From Botryllus schlosseri (taxonomy: Eukaryota), in assembly GCA_051294905.1 (NCBI GenBank), contig CM119371.1, positions 1,366,001 to 1,426,000 on the forward strand: a stretch of 60,000 nucleotides of DNA, written 5' to 3'. Under the pieces are notes generated by a model. The model searched no databases. It saw only the letters and a program-made list of their open reading frames with translations, and had not been told where the DNA came from. This document shows positions 24,639-38,556 of this stretch, in pieces (the stretch's first letter is position 1; the number at the start of each line of letters is the position of its first letter). The translations under genes and the position numbers were made by a program.

Positions 24639-25134
24639 TGATATTCAATCTAGAATTTCATGTACGTTTTGCCTACTATAACGGGTGACCAGCAATAATC
24701 TTCCAAGGTAAAGTAATGCGCTAACAGGGAATTGTGTGCCCACTATATTCACGTCGATTCCATACAGCAGGCACAAAAACATATAGCATGATAACGATAA
24801 CATTCCCAAGGAAGCTATGACAGGCTACTCCAGTTGCAATGTAACACGATAACATGCCGCTGGCACTGCCTGAAAAACCCTACCGGCAGCAAAATTTGAC
24901 ATCTTAATCTACGAAGTGATATCTCAGCATTATGAATTGCGTACAGAAAACATACCGCGCTAACCAATTAACCTCCTAGATCTGATTAGAACGCAACTTT
25001 TCCCTGTGCTCAAGCGGCAGAGATAGCATCTTGGCGACTGCCTTTCCAAATTGACGAAGCGGAACGATCGGTAGTGTCTACACCACCTTAGAACACTATG
25101 CTGTTATAGGCACTAATTGGTGGTTTCAGATTAA

Positions 25135-26220
25135 TACACTTTACCAGTATTGATATTATAACGGAATTTCAAAAATCATTTTCACTACCCTGCGGCGTCA
25201 AAGGCGTAACTACATATTGCTACAAGTTGAGAGGAGTATCCCAACATTACCCCCAAAAATATTTCAGCCTTCGGAACACAATAGGGGACCCACCAGAATC
25301 CAATGAAATGGGTCATTTTCAGGAAATAGACATACAAGTATTGATATTATAACGGAATAAAAAACCTAATTTTCACTACCCTGCGGCGTCAAAGGCGTGA
25401 CTACATTATGCTACAAGTTGAGAGGAGTCTCCCAATATTACCCCCAAAAATATTTCAGCCCTCGGAACACAATAGGAGATCCACCAGAATCCGATGAAAT
25501 GGTTCATTTTTCAGGAAAAAGACATACCAGTATTGATATTATAAAGGAATTCCAAAAATCATTTTCACTACCCTGCGGCGTCAAAGGCGTAACTACATTT
25601 TGCTACAAGTTGAAAGGAGTATCCCAACATTACCCCCAAAAATATTTCAGCCTTCGGAACACAATAGGGAACCCACCAGAATCCGATGAAATGGTTCATT
25701 TTTCAGGAAAAAGACATACCAGTATTGATATTATAAAGGAATTCCAAAAATCATTTTCACTACCCTGCGGCGTCAAAGGCGTAACTACATATTGCTACAA
25801 GTCGAGAAGAGTATCCCAACATTACCCCCAAAAATATTTCAGCCTTAGGAACACAATAGGGGACCCACCAGAATCCAATGAAAATGACCATTTTTCAGGA
25901 AATAAACATACCAGTATTGATATTATAACGGAATTACAAATATCATTTTCACTACCCTGCGGCGTCAAAGACGTAACTACATATTGCTACAAGTCGAGAA
26001 GAGTAGTAGTGAAAATTAGGTTTGTAATTCCGTTATAATATCAATACTGGTATGTCTATTTCCTGAAAATGACCCATTTCATTGGATTCTGGTGGGTCCT
26101 TTATTGTGTTCCTGAAAATGCTCCATTTTCAGTGGGTCCCCTATTTTGTTTCATTGGCTGAAATATTTTTGGGGGTAATGTTGGGATAGTCATTTCGACT
26201 TGTAGCAAGATGTAGTTCTT
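25135..26220. repeat. 192-bp tandem repeat (~4.5 copies) followed by an inverted, deleted copy
   Basis: taccagtattgatattata recurs at ~25142, 25333, 25525, 25717, 25909; orientation flips at ~26004. Confidence 0.9.
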
Positions 26221-27449
26221 TCCTTGAAACCGCAATAATTGTACGACGCCGACAAATCGATGCACGCAAGGTGTGGTTGATAATAGTTGTTTCATGCGTC
26301 AAAGAGACAGCACTCTCTTGTAAAAGTTAACAGATCCCGCAGAAACACACCATTTCGGATTACATTACCAAATCGATTTCAAACTTAAACCGAATCACTG
26401 GTGTTGAGAGTAGCGATACCCGAGATTTCGAATATTCATATAGACTTAGTGCGCGATCAGTAACGACACTTATAAACATTGTGAATATTAGTAATTCGAG
26501 TCGTGTCTATCTTGTGATGTTTCAAGTTGCTAAAACCATCGAGTGAATCAGTGAACGGATAGTAATCTCGGGTAATCTCGATACAATTATTGTGGCCAGT
26601 CCCCATATTTACCTGTGGTTATATCACTCTAATGATATGTGTTGCATACTGTATCGTTCGCTGTATCGGGAGACCAATGGTAGTTAACTGAAGTCCTGGA
26701 GGGTATGATGATGTTGTCTATGGGTCATACCGATGTGTGCATAAACACCCAACATTTGTACACCGACACATTGTATGCAATGTCATAAACCACATTTACG
26801 TGAGTACTTGGTAGGGTTGAACAATCGTAAAGTATATTCGATATGTATTGTCATTTTTCACGAAAAAAAAAATCAAGGGTTGTGAATCTATATGTTTAAT
26901 TACATTTGGTCATTGGTTCTGCTTTATCGCTTTGCATTGAATATCCGGATCCGGTTATGAACTGGCCTGTATTGGGTTTGTAATTCCATACTGGATGGGG
27001 CGATATGTATTGACCAAGCCGATTACCGCTACATATCCCTGTACGTATAATCTGTATAGTGTGAGCAAGGAAATTAATCACAAGTAACCTGGAATCGTGC
27101 GCACGATGGGTAGCATGCGTTCCTACATTTTCCGAAGATTGTTATCCGTGTATCAACCAGTTAACAAAGTCGGTGGGGGGGGGGGATTACAACTTTAGAC
27201 GGATTGATTCTGGAAAATCTAAAGCACGAACCCGGACATTGCGGTCATATCGAAATAGCGCGTTGTTATTGTGTGTGTGTGTGTGTGTGTGTGGCTAACC
27301 GTCGATTTTGATGGGATGCACCAGAACAAGTGAAAATGCGATTACACAAATGTATCGGAGTCGCTGTTGGTGTATATGTTGTCACTGTCCGTTGTAACAA
27401 TATCCAAAAATATCAAATTGACCCGATGTGGTGGTTAGTTTTCAAAACG

Positions 27450-28130
27450 AAAATGGTATTGTTACCCAGGAAAATGATAGATTTCCAAGTGAAACGGTAT
27501 TGGTACTCAGGTAAATGACAGATTTCCAAGTGAAAATGTATTGTTACACTAGGTAAACGCCGGATCTCTAAAGGAAAATGATATTTTTACTCGGGTAAAC
27601 GACGGAACACCAAGTGAAAATGGTTTGTTGCTCAGGGAAAAAGGTTTGTTACCGGGGGAAAAAATATATTTCCAAGTGAAAAAGGTTTGTTAACCAGAGA
27701 AAAAATATATTTCCAAGTGAAAAAGGTTTGTTAACCAGAGAAAAAATATATTTCCAAGTGAAAAAGGTTTGTTAACCAGAGAAAAAATATATTTCCAAGT
27801 GAAAAAGGTTTGTTAACCAGAGAAAAAATATATTTCCAAGTGAAAAAGGTTTGTTACCCAGAGAAAAGGGGTTTGTTACCCAGAGAAAAAATATATTTCC
27901 AAGTGAAAAAGGTTTGTTACCAAGAGAAAAAATATATTTCCAAGTGAAAAAGGTTGGTTATCCAGGACAAAAATAAATTTCCAAGTGAAAAGGGGTTAGT
28001 TATCCAGGTCAAAAATGTATTTCCAAGTGAAAAGGGGATTGTTACACTGGGTAAACGATAAATCTTCAAAGGACAATGGTATTTTTAGTCAGGTAACGGC
28101 TGACCTCCAGGTGAAAATGGAAATTTTACT
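27450..28130. repeat. 41-bp tandem repeat, homogeneous core with degenerate edges
   Basis: tttccaagtgaaaaaggtttgttaaccagagaaaaaatata at 41-bp spacing (27669, 27710, ...). Confidence 0.9.
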
Positions 28131-29039
28131 TGGGTAGGTATCGTATGTTTAGTGTCGTTGGTATTGTTAAACGTTGTCGCCGGTAGCCGTTGGTATACTA
28201 TTACGAGCGTGAAAAGGATTTGCACGCCCTGTGCAGAGTATCGCGGTGGTGAACATATTTTTCGCGTGACGAAACACGATCGCTGTTTAAATGTTAATGC
28301 ATGCATTTCGATTTCCGAGTTGCTGTACAATAGAGATGACTCCGCGTTAGACCGTGCTGTGTACTTCGATTAAAACCACAAGACCACGTGTAAATCTATT
28401 CGCGCAACTAGATGATGTTGATATAGTGTTACTAAAATTAATTATTACCTATTTACACAACATAAAAAAATAACAATTCATGTCGTAGCAGGTTTCTTGA
28501 ACTCGTGCTTGATGAAAACGATTGGCGACAAGTATGCGTTTGTGTTTGAGTGTAAAATAATTATTTAGAGTAGTGACATTTTGTGACCAACGAATGTAAA
28601 TCGATCATGATATTACAATATACGCTTTCGTCAACATAACGACTTGGCGCAGGAGAAACACTTTCATGTTTTTTCAATAACTGGATTCTCGAGACTTGTT
28701 ACTTGTACCATGTACCGTTGGTGACTATACACTGTAAAAAATAAAGGTGTCCATAGACATGTTTACACCTGGTACCTCTTAATACATGTCCATCATGTAA
28801 AACCATACGACAGGTTCGGTTCCACCTGTTGCCTAACATGTTTCTGCCCGTCATGTAATCTCGAAAACACGTCTGACCTGAGACTTCAATTGACCTTTCA
28901 CCTTGGACCGACTGGCACAAAATCTGTAGCCAGGATATGAATTAAAACAAGCAATTCAGTGTTGGATCAAATGATGGTATATTGAGAACAAATGCATCAA
29001 AACAAGAAAAATTCTGAAATGGCGAGAGTTTCGGATAAT

Positions 29040-30300
29040 ACGTAATGAAATAAGAATTACTATAACGGCTAAAAATATTGACATGTCATGGCGCAATTAA
29101 TTTACTACTTACAGCCACAGTGTAAGTCGAAGAGTACCGAACGTTAAGAAGTTTTGGAACTTATGCAATGAAAGAAGAGTTATATACAACAATGGCTAAA
29201 AATATTGGCCCGTCATCAATGAATTAATTTACTACAAAAAGCCACAGTGTGAGCCGCAGAGTGCCTAACGTTAAGAAGTTTTGGAACTTATGCAATGAAT
29301 GACGAATTATTACAACAACGGCTAAAAATATTGGCCCGTCATCAATGAATTAATTTACTACAAAAAGCCACAGTGTAAGCCGCAGAGTGCCTAACGTTAA
29401 GAAGTTTTGAAACTTATGCAATGAATGAAGAATTATTACAACAACGGCTAAAAACATTGGCCCGTCATCAATGAATTAATTTACTACAAAAAGCCACAGT
29501 GTAAGCCGCAGAGTGCCTAACGTTAAGAAGTTTTGAAACTTATGCAATGAATGAAGAATTATTACAACAACGGCTAAAAACATTGGCCCGTCATCAATGA
29601 ATTAATTTACTACAAAAAGCCACAGAGCAGGCCGCAGAGTACCTAACGTTAAGAAGTTTTGAAACTTATGCAATGAAAGAAAAATTCTTACAACAACGGC
29701 TAAAAATATTGGCCCCTCATAAATTAATTAATTTACTACAAAAAGCCACAGTGTAAGCCGCAGAGAGCCTAACGTTAAGAAGTTTTGGAATTTATACAAT
29801 GAGAGAAGAATTGTTACAACAACAGCTAAAAATATTGACCCGTCATCAATGAATTAATTTACTACAAAAAGCCACAGTGGAAGCCGCCTTGTACCTAATG
29901 TTTTGAAGTTTTGGACATATGTAATGAAACCAGAATTATAATAACGGCTAAAATCATTGACCCATCCTCAATAAATTAATCAAATTAAATTACAATGAAC
30001 AGACACAGTCAGCCACACCTAACGTTAGAAAGTTTCGAAACGTATGTAATGAAACAAGAATTAATATACCGGCTTGAAACATTGACCGGTCCTCGATTAA
30101 TCAAGTTATTACAAATTGTCACAGTGAAAGGCGCCGAGTACCTAATGCAATGACACAAGAATTATAACGGCTAAAAATGTTGATGACCTGTCCTTGGTGA
30201 ATTATTCAAATTAATTTACTACGAACAACCAAAGTCTACCTAACGTTACAAAGTTTCGAGACAGCCGCAGTGTACTTAACGTTCGGAAGTTTCGAAGGAA
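29040..30300. repeat. 126-bp tandem repeat, ~9-10 copies
   Basis: cgtcatcaatgaattaatttactac at 29211, 29337, 29463, 29589 (126-bp period). Confidence 0.9.
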
Positions 30301-30574
30301 AGTTCGTGACGACGGACCATCAATTAGAGGCTGATGGAGCGAACTTGATGTTGGAACAGCCAGTATATTGCCAGTATTATGGCCATAGCATGATGGAAGC
30401 TTCTGACCCATTTGATAACTTTGCCATAGAAGAGAACTTTCCATTCATTCAGGATCGTATTGTACTTGATCGTCGGATATAATTCTTTGGCTCCTGATAA
30501 ATAAAAATGTTATTAGCTTAGTACTATCGATATGGTCTGAGATTAAGAATTGAGTTGAGTATGAGGCCTAATAA

Positions 30575-30949
30575 TAGGGTTACCATGCGTCCTCTTTCAA
30601 TAGGATTTGTACTCTTTCTTGACTTTTTTAAAAGTGTCCTCGGAGGACGCCCTTTTGTCCTCTTTTTTGAGATTTTGTCCTCTTTTTTGAAAATTTAGGT
30701 CACATTTAGAGCGAAATGCGAGTGATATGCCGTAAATTAGCACAGAAGTGACTCTATGGCGGGTATTTCGGAGTGAAAAACGGTGATTGGAGCTCTGAGC
30801 GAAAAGTTGACCTTTTTAAAAATTTTCCAGTCAACCGGTCACAAAGTGGGCAAAATTCACCGATTTTTGAGAATTCTTCTCCGGTTTTGCAAGTCTCAAA
30901 TTTCTGAAAAAGTGTCCTCTTTTTAGATTTCCAAAATATGGTAAGCCTA
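30575..30949. mobile_element. hAT-type MITE (gtcctctttt family)
   Basis: TAGGGTTACCAT...ATGGTAAGCCTA; perfect 8-bp TSD cctaataa. Confidence 0.85.
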
Positions 30950-33046
30950 CCTAATAAGTCATTATCGCGCAAGTCAGGGTCATGCAAAGAGGTAAGAAAA
31001 CGTTCGTACGTGATGGTGCTTTCAAGGATATCGAGCGAGCATAATGGTACCCAGAGTGGAATGATTTTAGCATCAGTCGTAACACTGCAACTTTTTAAGT
31101 GAAATAGGAGGGGCCAATATTGGTTTCACATCATCTTCTTTGATTGGACGCCATAGACTAGTGACAATTTCACCATAGTGTCCTACAGTAGCATGGACAT
31201 CGGAAAATCTCGTTACTCACTGATATTGGATTACATCATTCTTTCGATTTACAGTGACCTGTCGAGATACCAAGTTTTATCAAATACAGTGTTAATACAG
31301 CAATACAGTGTTAATAGTGCCATAAATTGCCATTTTTGTATGATGTGAATGATGTAGCCTGATGGCAGTTAGCCATGCGATTTGCTTGTGTCCACAACAC
31401 AGTGACATAATGCTTTCACATACACCAAACAACTTACTTTGTCAACTAACAGGAAGCTGCCATAGTTGTCATTGAAGAATTGAAGATCGTTGGGATCCCG
31501 ACCATCCACCCCAGTTTTTGACGACCTGAACGAGAAGTGTCAGAAATCAACTCAATGTATGTTTTGACGCGACTGCGACGTCGTAAAGTAAATCAGCGAC
31601 TTTGAAACCTTGCGCGGGCCCCTCTAATGGTGATAAAGATTTTCAGTCATCTGACAGGAGGTAACACGGTTGGGCAAGGGTGAAAACATGACATATATTA
31701 CTACGCAGCAAATTCGATGACAATTATGTTACGACAAGCAAGTGTGCAGTCATGTCCTGCAAGGAGTTGCAGGTCGTCTTTGTATACCTCTGGGCTCATT
31801 TGACAAGGAATATTCCAAGCTTGGACATAAAAATATCAAGGTTGCGGCGAGGCTGCGTACATCGCGTTGCGCAACGGTTTCGCCGCTGACAATATTTCTG
31901 CGAGTACTAATAAATATTATAATCAATTTCTAGAATCGCCTTGCAGGCCGAGGGTTGGTCGCCTTTATATCTAAGGAAGAAATGTCTACGTTTGGAAGTA
32001 TGTGCGATTAAAAAATTCTTCAAGAAAACTACAATCTGCCCAAAAAGAACAATGTATGTTAATTTAAAAAGTATCTTTAGGTCACTGACGAGTTTTATAC
32101 ATTTTGAAAACTGACTTCACTTTTTGCTAACCCATGGTAATAATTAGGGCCATTCAAAGCCATATTTCGTTCTATGCATCAGCAAGTCGTGAAATCAATT
32201 TCAACACAAAACCGTATCCCTTTGAGCTATATTAAAGCTATGAAGTCACATTTTCCTGATTAGGTCATAAAGCTCAAAATTTACATTAAGAAGCGATTGG
32301 ACAAAAACGAGGTTTAACAAACAATGGAGCTGCAAATACAAGACATTTCACCAGCGCTTTATGCACCCCTGCAGAAGTGGCAACCCACATCAGCGTTTGT
32401 GGAGCTCTCACTTTCCTTACCAAAGTCATTTTACGTCCGAATCGTAACTTCAAAGACTTTAACATTTCACACTGCTACTGTACTGCAACAGTGATTTAGA
32501 ATAAAAAATGGACGTGTATAACTGTTGTTGCATAGGTTTTACTCTTTAGTTCCGTCAGTGCCGATATTTGCATGTAAAACTACACCATTTTCACATAAAT
32601 TCATATTTTCCAAAAAATAAAGTCATATTATTGATTTTCTAAGGTCATATAAAAATGGCCCTAGTTATAATATATATGTAATTTGTTGTGTCATGAAAAA
32701 TGATTGCGCATGCCACAAATGCCGAGGGATTGTGCCGTCAGTGACTTGATCATAACACTGCTTTATACCTACGGTACCCAATGCGCATCGATCAAGATCG
32801 GGTAAATCTCCAGCAGACTGTGTTGACATCCCATTCAGAATGGCCTCGCGACGCGATTCGAATGTTCTTTTCATCCTATCCAGAATCGTTTCCTTGTGAG
32901 GTATTCTCCACTTGCCTCTTATTGCGTTTTGATGTATCTCGATGCTGCGCTCGTCGTCTGTGGAGAGTATACATGTTGACTCTGTAGGACAAAATAGATC
33001 CTAATCAAAACATGACCGGTTATCGGTGCAAGGTGCTACTTCTTGC

Positions 33047-36000
33047 CAGGGATATATAGAACTCCGGGATGGCTGACTGCGTCAATTGCGTCATCGCGGT
33101 ATTACCTAAGTGGGTCCAGATTCGCGCATTCAGTTTTGATGTACGTTCCGGTCAGCCGCTACATCTGTGTGTAATTTTAAGTTCTTGAGAGCGGTAGAGG
33201 CATATAATATCCATGTTTATGTTATTATATCAAGCTAGAGGTTAACTAGGTTATGAGATGTTCAGGTAGTCTGAAACTTTGCGGTATAGCCCTATTCCTT
33301 CAGCAGCAATTTACCGGTACACCGGTACGGTCATTTACTCGCCTTCGGAATATATCTGCTTCTGTAGTATCTTATGTAACATGTTTTGCTGCGCTGATAA
33401 TCGCGAGAAGATAACAAAATGTAGAATAATTTCCAACATTGATATCCGCAGTATGATTTTGATCACGCCTTGCGATATGTTTTTCATTTACCGGTATGTT
33501 ATGCGAATGTACCGTATGCCACCATCCAAGGCTGTACATTGTACAAGTACAAGTATACATTTACACTGTGCCGTGTCAACTATGAAGGCGACCGTTAGGA
33601 AGGACTTCGTCAGTTAAGATCTTGTACTATAGATGAATATGTGAATATGCAGGTAGTGCTGGTATTGCAGGCTTACCGGTATTCCAGATCATTGCTGGAT
33701 TATTCCTAGTAAGAATTGGAGCCACTGAGTACACCACCGGTGTGCAAGATTCAAGAGGCATTTCAATTCGGGATAACCAAACATTTGAATCTAATACAAA
33801 CACAACACAACACGTCTAGGTCGTTGCAGTTGTAAGTGTCCATAACAACTGTTGAATCCAATCTCTTGTTACAGATACTATTCATCAGTTACATGTCTGG
33901 TAAAACAAGGCAGGCATATGTTTGTTAATGAACGGCACCTCAATGCTACAGTACTGGAATTATACTTCAACAGAAGTGCACTGTTGTGAACTGCCAATGG
34001 CTGACTCTCAGTATATGGCCACAACATTTGTTGACTATTTGCTCTTACTGAAGCCATGAAGATGCCAACTCCCTTGAATGGATAAGCCAACACAATCGTC
34101 AGGACGCAATACGACCCTGAGATACGGCCTGTCTTTACCATATAAACACTTATAGGCTATAGGCCTGTACGATGGAGGAAGAGAAAACTCTGAAGATTGC
34201 TTTCAATTTGCGAGGTTTAGTCAAATCGTTGCAATAACGCATGGACCTCTCCTCAGTCGGCCCAAGGTGAGTTTGGCTGATTCTAGTGATATGTTATTAA
34301 ATGAGCGATTTACATTAATCCTGATGTGGTTAAAGTAGTCTGCATTGCTACTCAAGTAACAGTCGTATTCCCGGGCGTACTGGTATTTAAACTTCCTCAA
34401 GTAGCTGTAGAAAGGGAAATGCCTGCAAGGTACTTAAGTTTGGAGATGGCTGCTTCAAAATTACAAAATTTAATTTCGAAAATAGGCAACACCTACTTGA
34501 GTACTGCAATGAAGTAGAAGTTCTTCACTACTGACCAACTCTGCATATATCTATATATATTCTTAAGGTTAATTTGTGTCTCTAAATACATCATTTGTTC
34601 ATTTTTGTTGCAGATTCCGGAAAAACAAACGCGATGTTCCAGCATTTGCATCACGTCAACAATGGATATCCTGATATATTATACTGGACACATTCCATTG
34701 AAATCTTGGCAAAGATGGCCACGATCTGAATATTTGGATCTCGTGCCTCCTCACCGAGATGATTTTTTGACATGGAATCATCTTGCGCTCTATCGGAAAA
34801 TCTGCAAGACAATGATACTGAATATTTCTTAACTGATAAATGGCATGAAATGCTTCAGGAGGCCCATTCGTGATGTACCGTTAAGCCATGGTGGTAATTT
34901 CTTCACTGCGGTCATGAAACTATTTCTCGGTGAACAAAATATCAGCGGAATTCAACAACTGGGTCTACCGAATGCTTCTTAAATTGATAGTGATATGTAC
35001 CAGACTTCTACCCCCCCCCCCCCCCCCCCGAGGCTACATTTGAACCTGAAGAGCAGTATCAATGGTGTGTTGATTTCTTGATCAACTTTCATTGAGCGAC
35101 ATAGAAGCTGACAATGCTGCTATCACAATTTCGAGTCCTTACAGACCGTGCTATCTTTTCGTTATTGGAAATGCTCCATGGTAGGGGTGCATTTAAAACA
35201 AACGGTGTTTGAAACACTATGTTTAAAACATGCTTTAAACAGTGTTTTAAACAAAGGCCTTTTGAAAAAAATTCTTTTTAAGTTGTAAAATTATGCCATA
35301 ATTGTGTAAATACTTTCCAAAATACGTGTTGTATGAGCCTATGGACGATTACCACCCGATATAGCCGACTAATATCGATACGGGATTGCTGGAACCCTCA
35401 AAATAGTCGGTTCAACAGCAATAGCACAGATATTTCGTCAAAGGAGCTATATTTACATTACACTATATTTTCAATTGTCAATGTCAATCCAATATGACGT
35501 CACTATTGAATATTATTGACGTCATGGCTTAAAAAAAGTATGTTTTATACAAGGGACTGGTTTTAAACATGTTTGTTTTCAATGCAACCCTATACTCCAT
35601 GGTAATTGTCAATTAACGCAAATTGAAACAGTTGATTTAATCAATCCTATTAACCCCCCCCCCCCCTTTCCAGCTGCAAGGTTTCCGACAATGGCTTGTA
35701 AATAGGTAGAAGACGCTGATATTATTCGTTATTCACTCTGTTATTTATGGCCTGATGCAGATTATATGATGTGTAGAAATTAAACACAATCATGATTTAC
35801 TGAAATTCAGAGTTGTCATAGTTTACTTGGTTGGCTATACAGCAGTGTCATACTTTACTAGGTTGGCTATACAGCAGTAAGGTTGTGATAAGGGAAGAAT
35901 GTCTAGCTTACTCACTAACTATTCCGCAAAAGGTTGAGGATCGTTATTATAGAAACAGCTGTATCGCTAGCTTGCGGAAAAGTGGATATTTCGAGGCAGA

Positions 36001-36076
36001 TTGCAGGTAACTTCCTGGACCTACTTAGGTAAAGGCCAAAATGAAGTCAGCCATCCCGGAGTTCTATATATCCCTG
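33047..36076. mobile_element. 3.0-kb non-autonomous element with P-like termini
   Basis: Perfect 32-bp TIR CAGGGATATATAGAACTCCGGGATGGCTGACT; perfect 8-bp TSD cttcttgc (33039-33046 / 36077-36084); no recognisable transposase. Confidence 0.85.
35182..35592. mobile_element. hAT-type MITE
   Basis: TAGGGGTGCATT...AATGCAACCCTA; ctccatgg on both sides (2-bp offset on the right). Confidence 0.7.
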
Positions 36077-37283
36077 CTTCTTGCCAATGTTCCTTCTAAG
36101 CTGCTCGCATGCGCACAGACACGAGAAAAATTAGACGTAACATTGTCTGTTGGCGTTATCAGTATCATATCAAAATATTCATATTGAGGATATCTAGATC
36201 AAGAAAGCAAGATACTAAAATGCTCACATTGTATGTTGTGACTCGAGAATTCTTGCAGCGTTGACTAGATTTTTCTACAAGCTGCTGAGATTTCCGTTTG
36301 CCAAAGCGTCCATGCTTCTGCTATTCCAAGTGTAAGATGAGAACTTCTTTTTCATGGTGTCTTCTCCATTCCCTCAACTTGTTGCAGAGCTTGTCTTTCC
36401 ATGATCCCTGCAATGTGGCATAGTTGAAGTAAGGTTTGGATTAAGTTTGTACAAACTTCTGAGATGTGTGTCACCAACATTGAAAAATTGGAATGTAATG
36501 CCGCCCCTGCTGTATGATATTACACATTGATAATAATCGTCAATAATTGGTGCATGCATTGCATACGTTGTAGGACTAGCATATTGCATGAACGTGGTAA
36601 GGGGATGTCATTATCAGTGACTTGATCCCAACACTGCTTTATACCTGCCCAATGCGCATCGATCAACATCGGCTAAATCTCGAACAGACTTTGTGTTGAT
36701 ATCCCATTCAAAATGGCCTCATGACACGATTCAAATGTTCTTTTCATCCTAACCTGAATCTTTTCTTGTCACGTAGTCTTTTCGCCCACTTGACACTTAT
36801 TGCTTTCTGCTGTACCTCGATGCTGCACTCGTCTTCTGGAGAATATACCGATGCAGGTTGACTCTGTAATAAATATCTTCATTAAAGCCCAGCGAATTAT
36901 CAGCTTGCCGGTAATAGCGAGTCAATTTATTGCAGAAAGAGCAAAAGTTTTTTTAGGCCTAACTATTTCGTAAGAACAGACAGTTCCAACCAGAAATGAA
37001 GATAAGCAGTAGCCTAAAATTCTAAGGTAATGGGGGAAAACAGGCAATTTACATATACGAGATCACAATTTCATCAAAATTAAGATTTATAGGGTTAAAA
37101 ATGTCAAAATTGTCAGAATGTCCGATTTTATCGGTCAAAATCTTCGGTTTTTAGATAAAAATAAAATCACCCTAGGAGAACATCACATATTCGTTGAAGA
37201 AGTTCATATCAACATATTCCAACATATTCTATTCGGGAAACAAAAAAGTACTAACCTATGGTAGATTAGTAATCTATATAGAC

Positions 37284-37931
37284 CAGGAATGGCCAACCTT
37301 TTCGGCTGAAGGGCCACATGCAATTGACGAGCGAGTTCGCGGTCCACTAGCCACGCCAAGCGAATAAAATTTTCGAAATTTATAAATAAACAAGGTCAAT
37401 AATATTATTACTCGAGTATTGCGGGTCTATTGTATACCGCCCGCTAGACTCAGTTTGCAAGGACACGACTATTTGGCGTCTGGCCACATCGATATCGCCA
37501 TTTCACCATTGACGATCTTTATGCGAGCGCAAACGCGAAAAGACTTTCTCCCGTAATTGCGAATACAGTTAGACTCAATCGGATAAAATAGGCGTTTTTT
37601 TCGTTTTCAGTAGGGGGTAGGCTACCAAGCAAGAAATCGTGCGAAAATTAAACACGCAAAGCGTGAAGAAAAATTTCGCTGCTATTTTACTTTATTATAA
37701 TGTACGACGACTTACTGAAAAGGTGACTGGACCCTGGATCTGCCAATGCGTCGGAACTGATATTTTAGTCATCAACATCCCAAGTGTCGCAGCCAGAATT
37801 GTAATTTTTTGTTGGCATTGCAAGTTCACAATCTGAGCAATTCATTTTCGATAATATAACAGGAAATTAGCTCACGGGTCACGCAAAACCCTCTCGCTGG
37901 CCATATTTGGCCCACGGGTTGGCCACCCCTG
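37284..37931. mobile_element. Buster-type hAT MITE
   Basis: CAGGAATGGCCAACC...GGTTGGCCACCCCTG; perfect TA-centred 8-bp TSD atatagac. Confidence 0.85.
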
Positions 37932-38556
37932 ATATAGACAGGCCAATGCAATAATTTCAGAGCCGGAGCAGCAGCTAGAGCAGGAACAGTTTAAATTTGC
38001 GGCTGCTCTAAAGCCCTGCATAACACGGCGTGATTTTGGCTAAAAATCTATATTCGTTTCTATTACAGATATCGAACAAGACAAGATAATTTTAGTACAG
38101 TATGATTACCATGATCATCGCTTTACGACGATAATTCTGTTGACATGCATAGAATATAATTACTCACTTCCATCGTCAAACCAGTCATATTGTCCCATAT
38201 CTTTGGCAGACAATTCATAAAAATCGCCGTTCAATTCAAGCGACTTGTCGTAATATTCCGTAGTGAATTTTCTGTCCAAGATGGTACTACGAACTGCACA
38301 TCTCACAACATCATAAATCTCAGATAAGTGATCAACTGTGATCACCTTTCTAATATTACCATGGATGATCAGCATTTTCATATTTAATAGCACAAGAGTA
38401 ATAAATCGCTAACCAGTCTGATGAATCTGAAAAATAGAACGTCATGTTCAAAATTACGCAATTTTAATTACCGGTACTTTTCTCTATCGGCATATAGTTC
38501 ACTATTAAACTTTGAAACATATTCTATGATGCAGTCTAATGTAGCCATCTCACCAT

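Larger units (their letters stand above)
18596..25100 (+). mobile_element. P-superfamily (Galileo-like) transposon, 6505 bp, apparently intact
   Basis: CATAGTGTTCTAAGG...CCTTAGAACACTATG termini; ~410-bp near-identical TIRs (imperfectly to ~445 bp: 18596-19042 / 24654-25100); 7-bp TSD ctgttat (18589-18595 / 25101-25107); THAP-DDE transposase inside. Confidence 0.95.

Noticed and set aside
26001..26012. AGTAGTAGT as a possible left Polinton terminus
   Set aside because: Explained by the junction of a forward (agaagagta) and an inverted (gtagtgaaaa) satellite unit; no matching TIR or 6-bp TSD.
25397..26038. 213-aa ORF
   Set aside because: Translation of the 192-bp (64-codon) tandem repeat; GTG start; no independent coding evidence.
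27450..28130. CRISPR-like appearance of the 41-bp repeats (also the 33-, 35- and 42-bp arrays)
   Set aside because: Units are head-to-tail with no unique spacers, there are no cas genes, and the context is eukaryotic.
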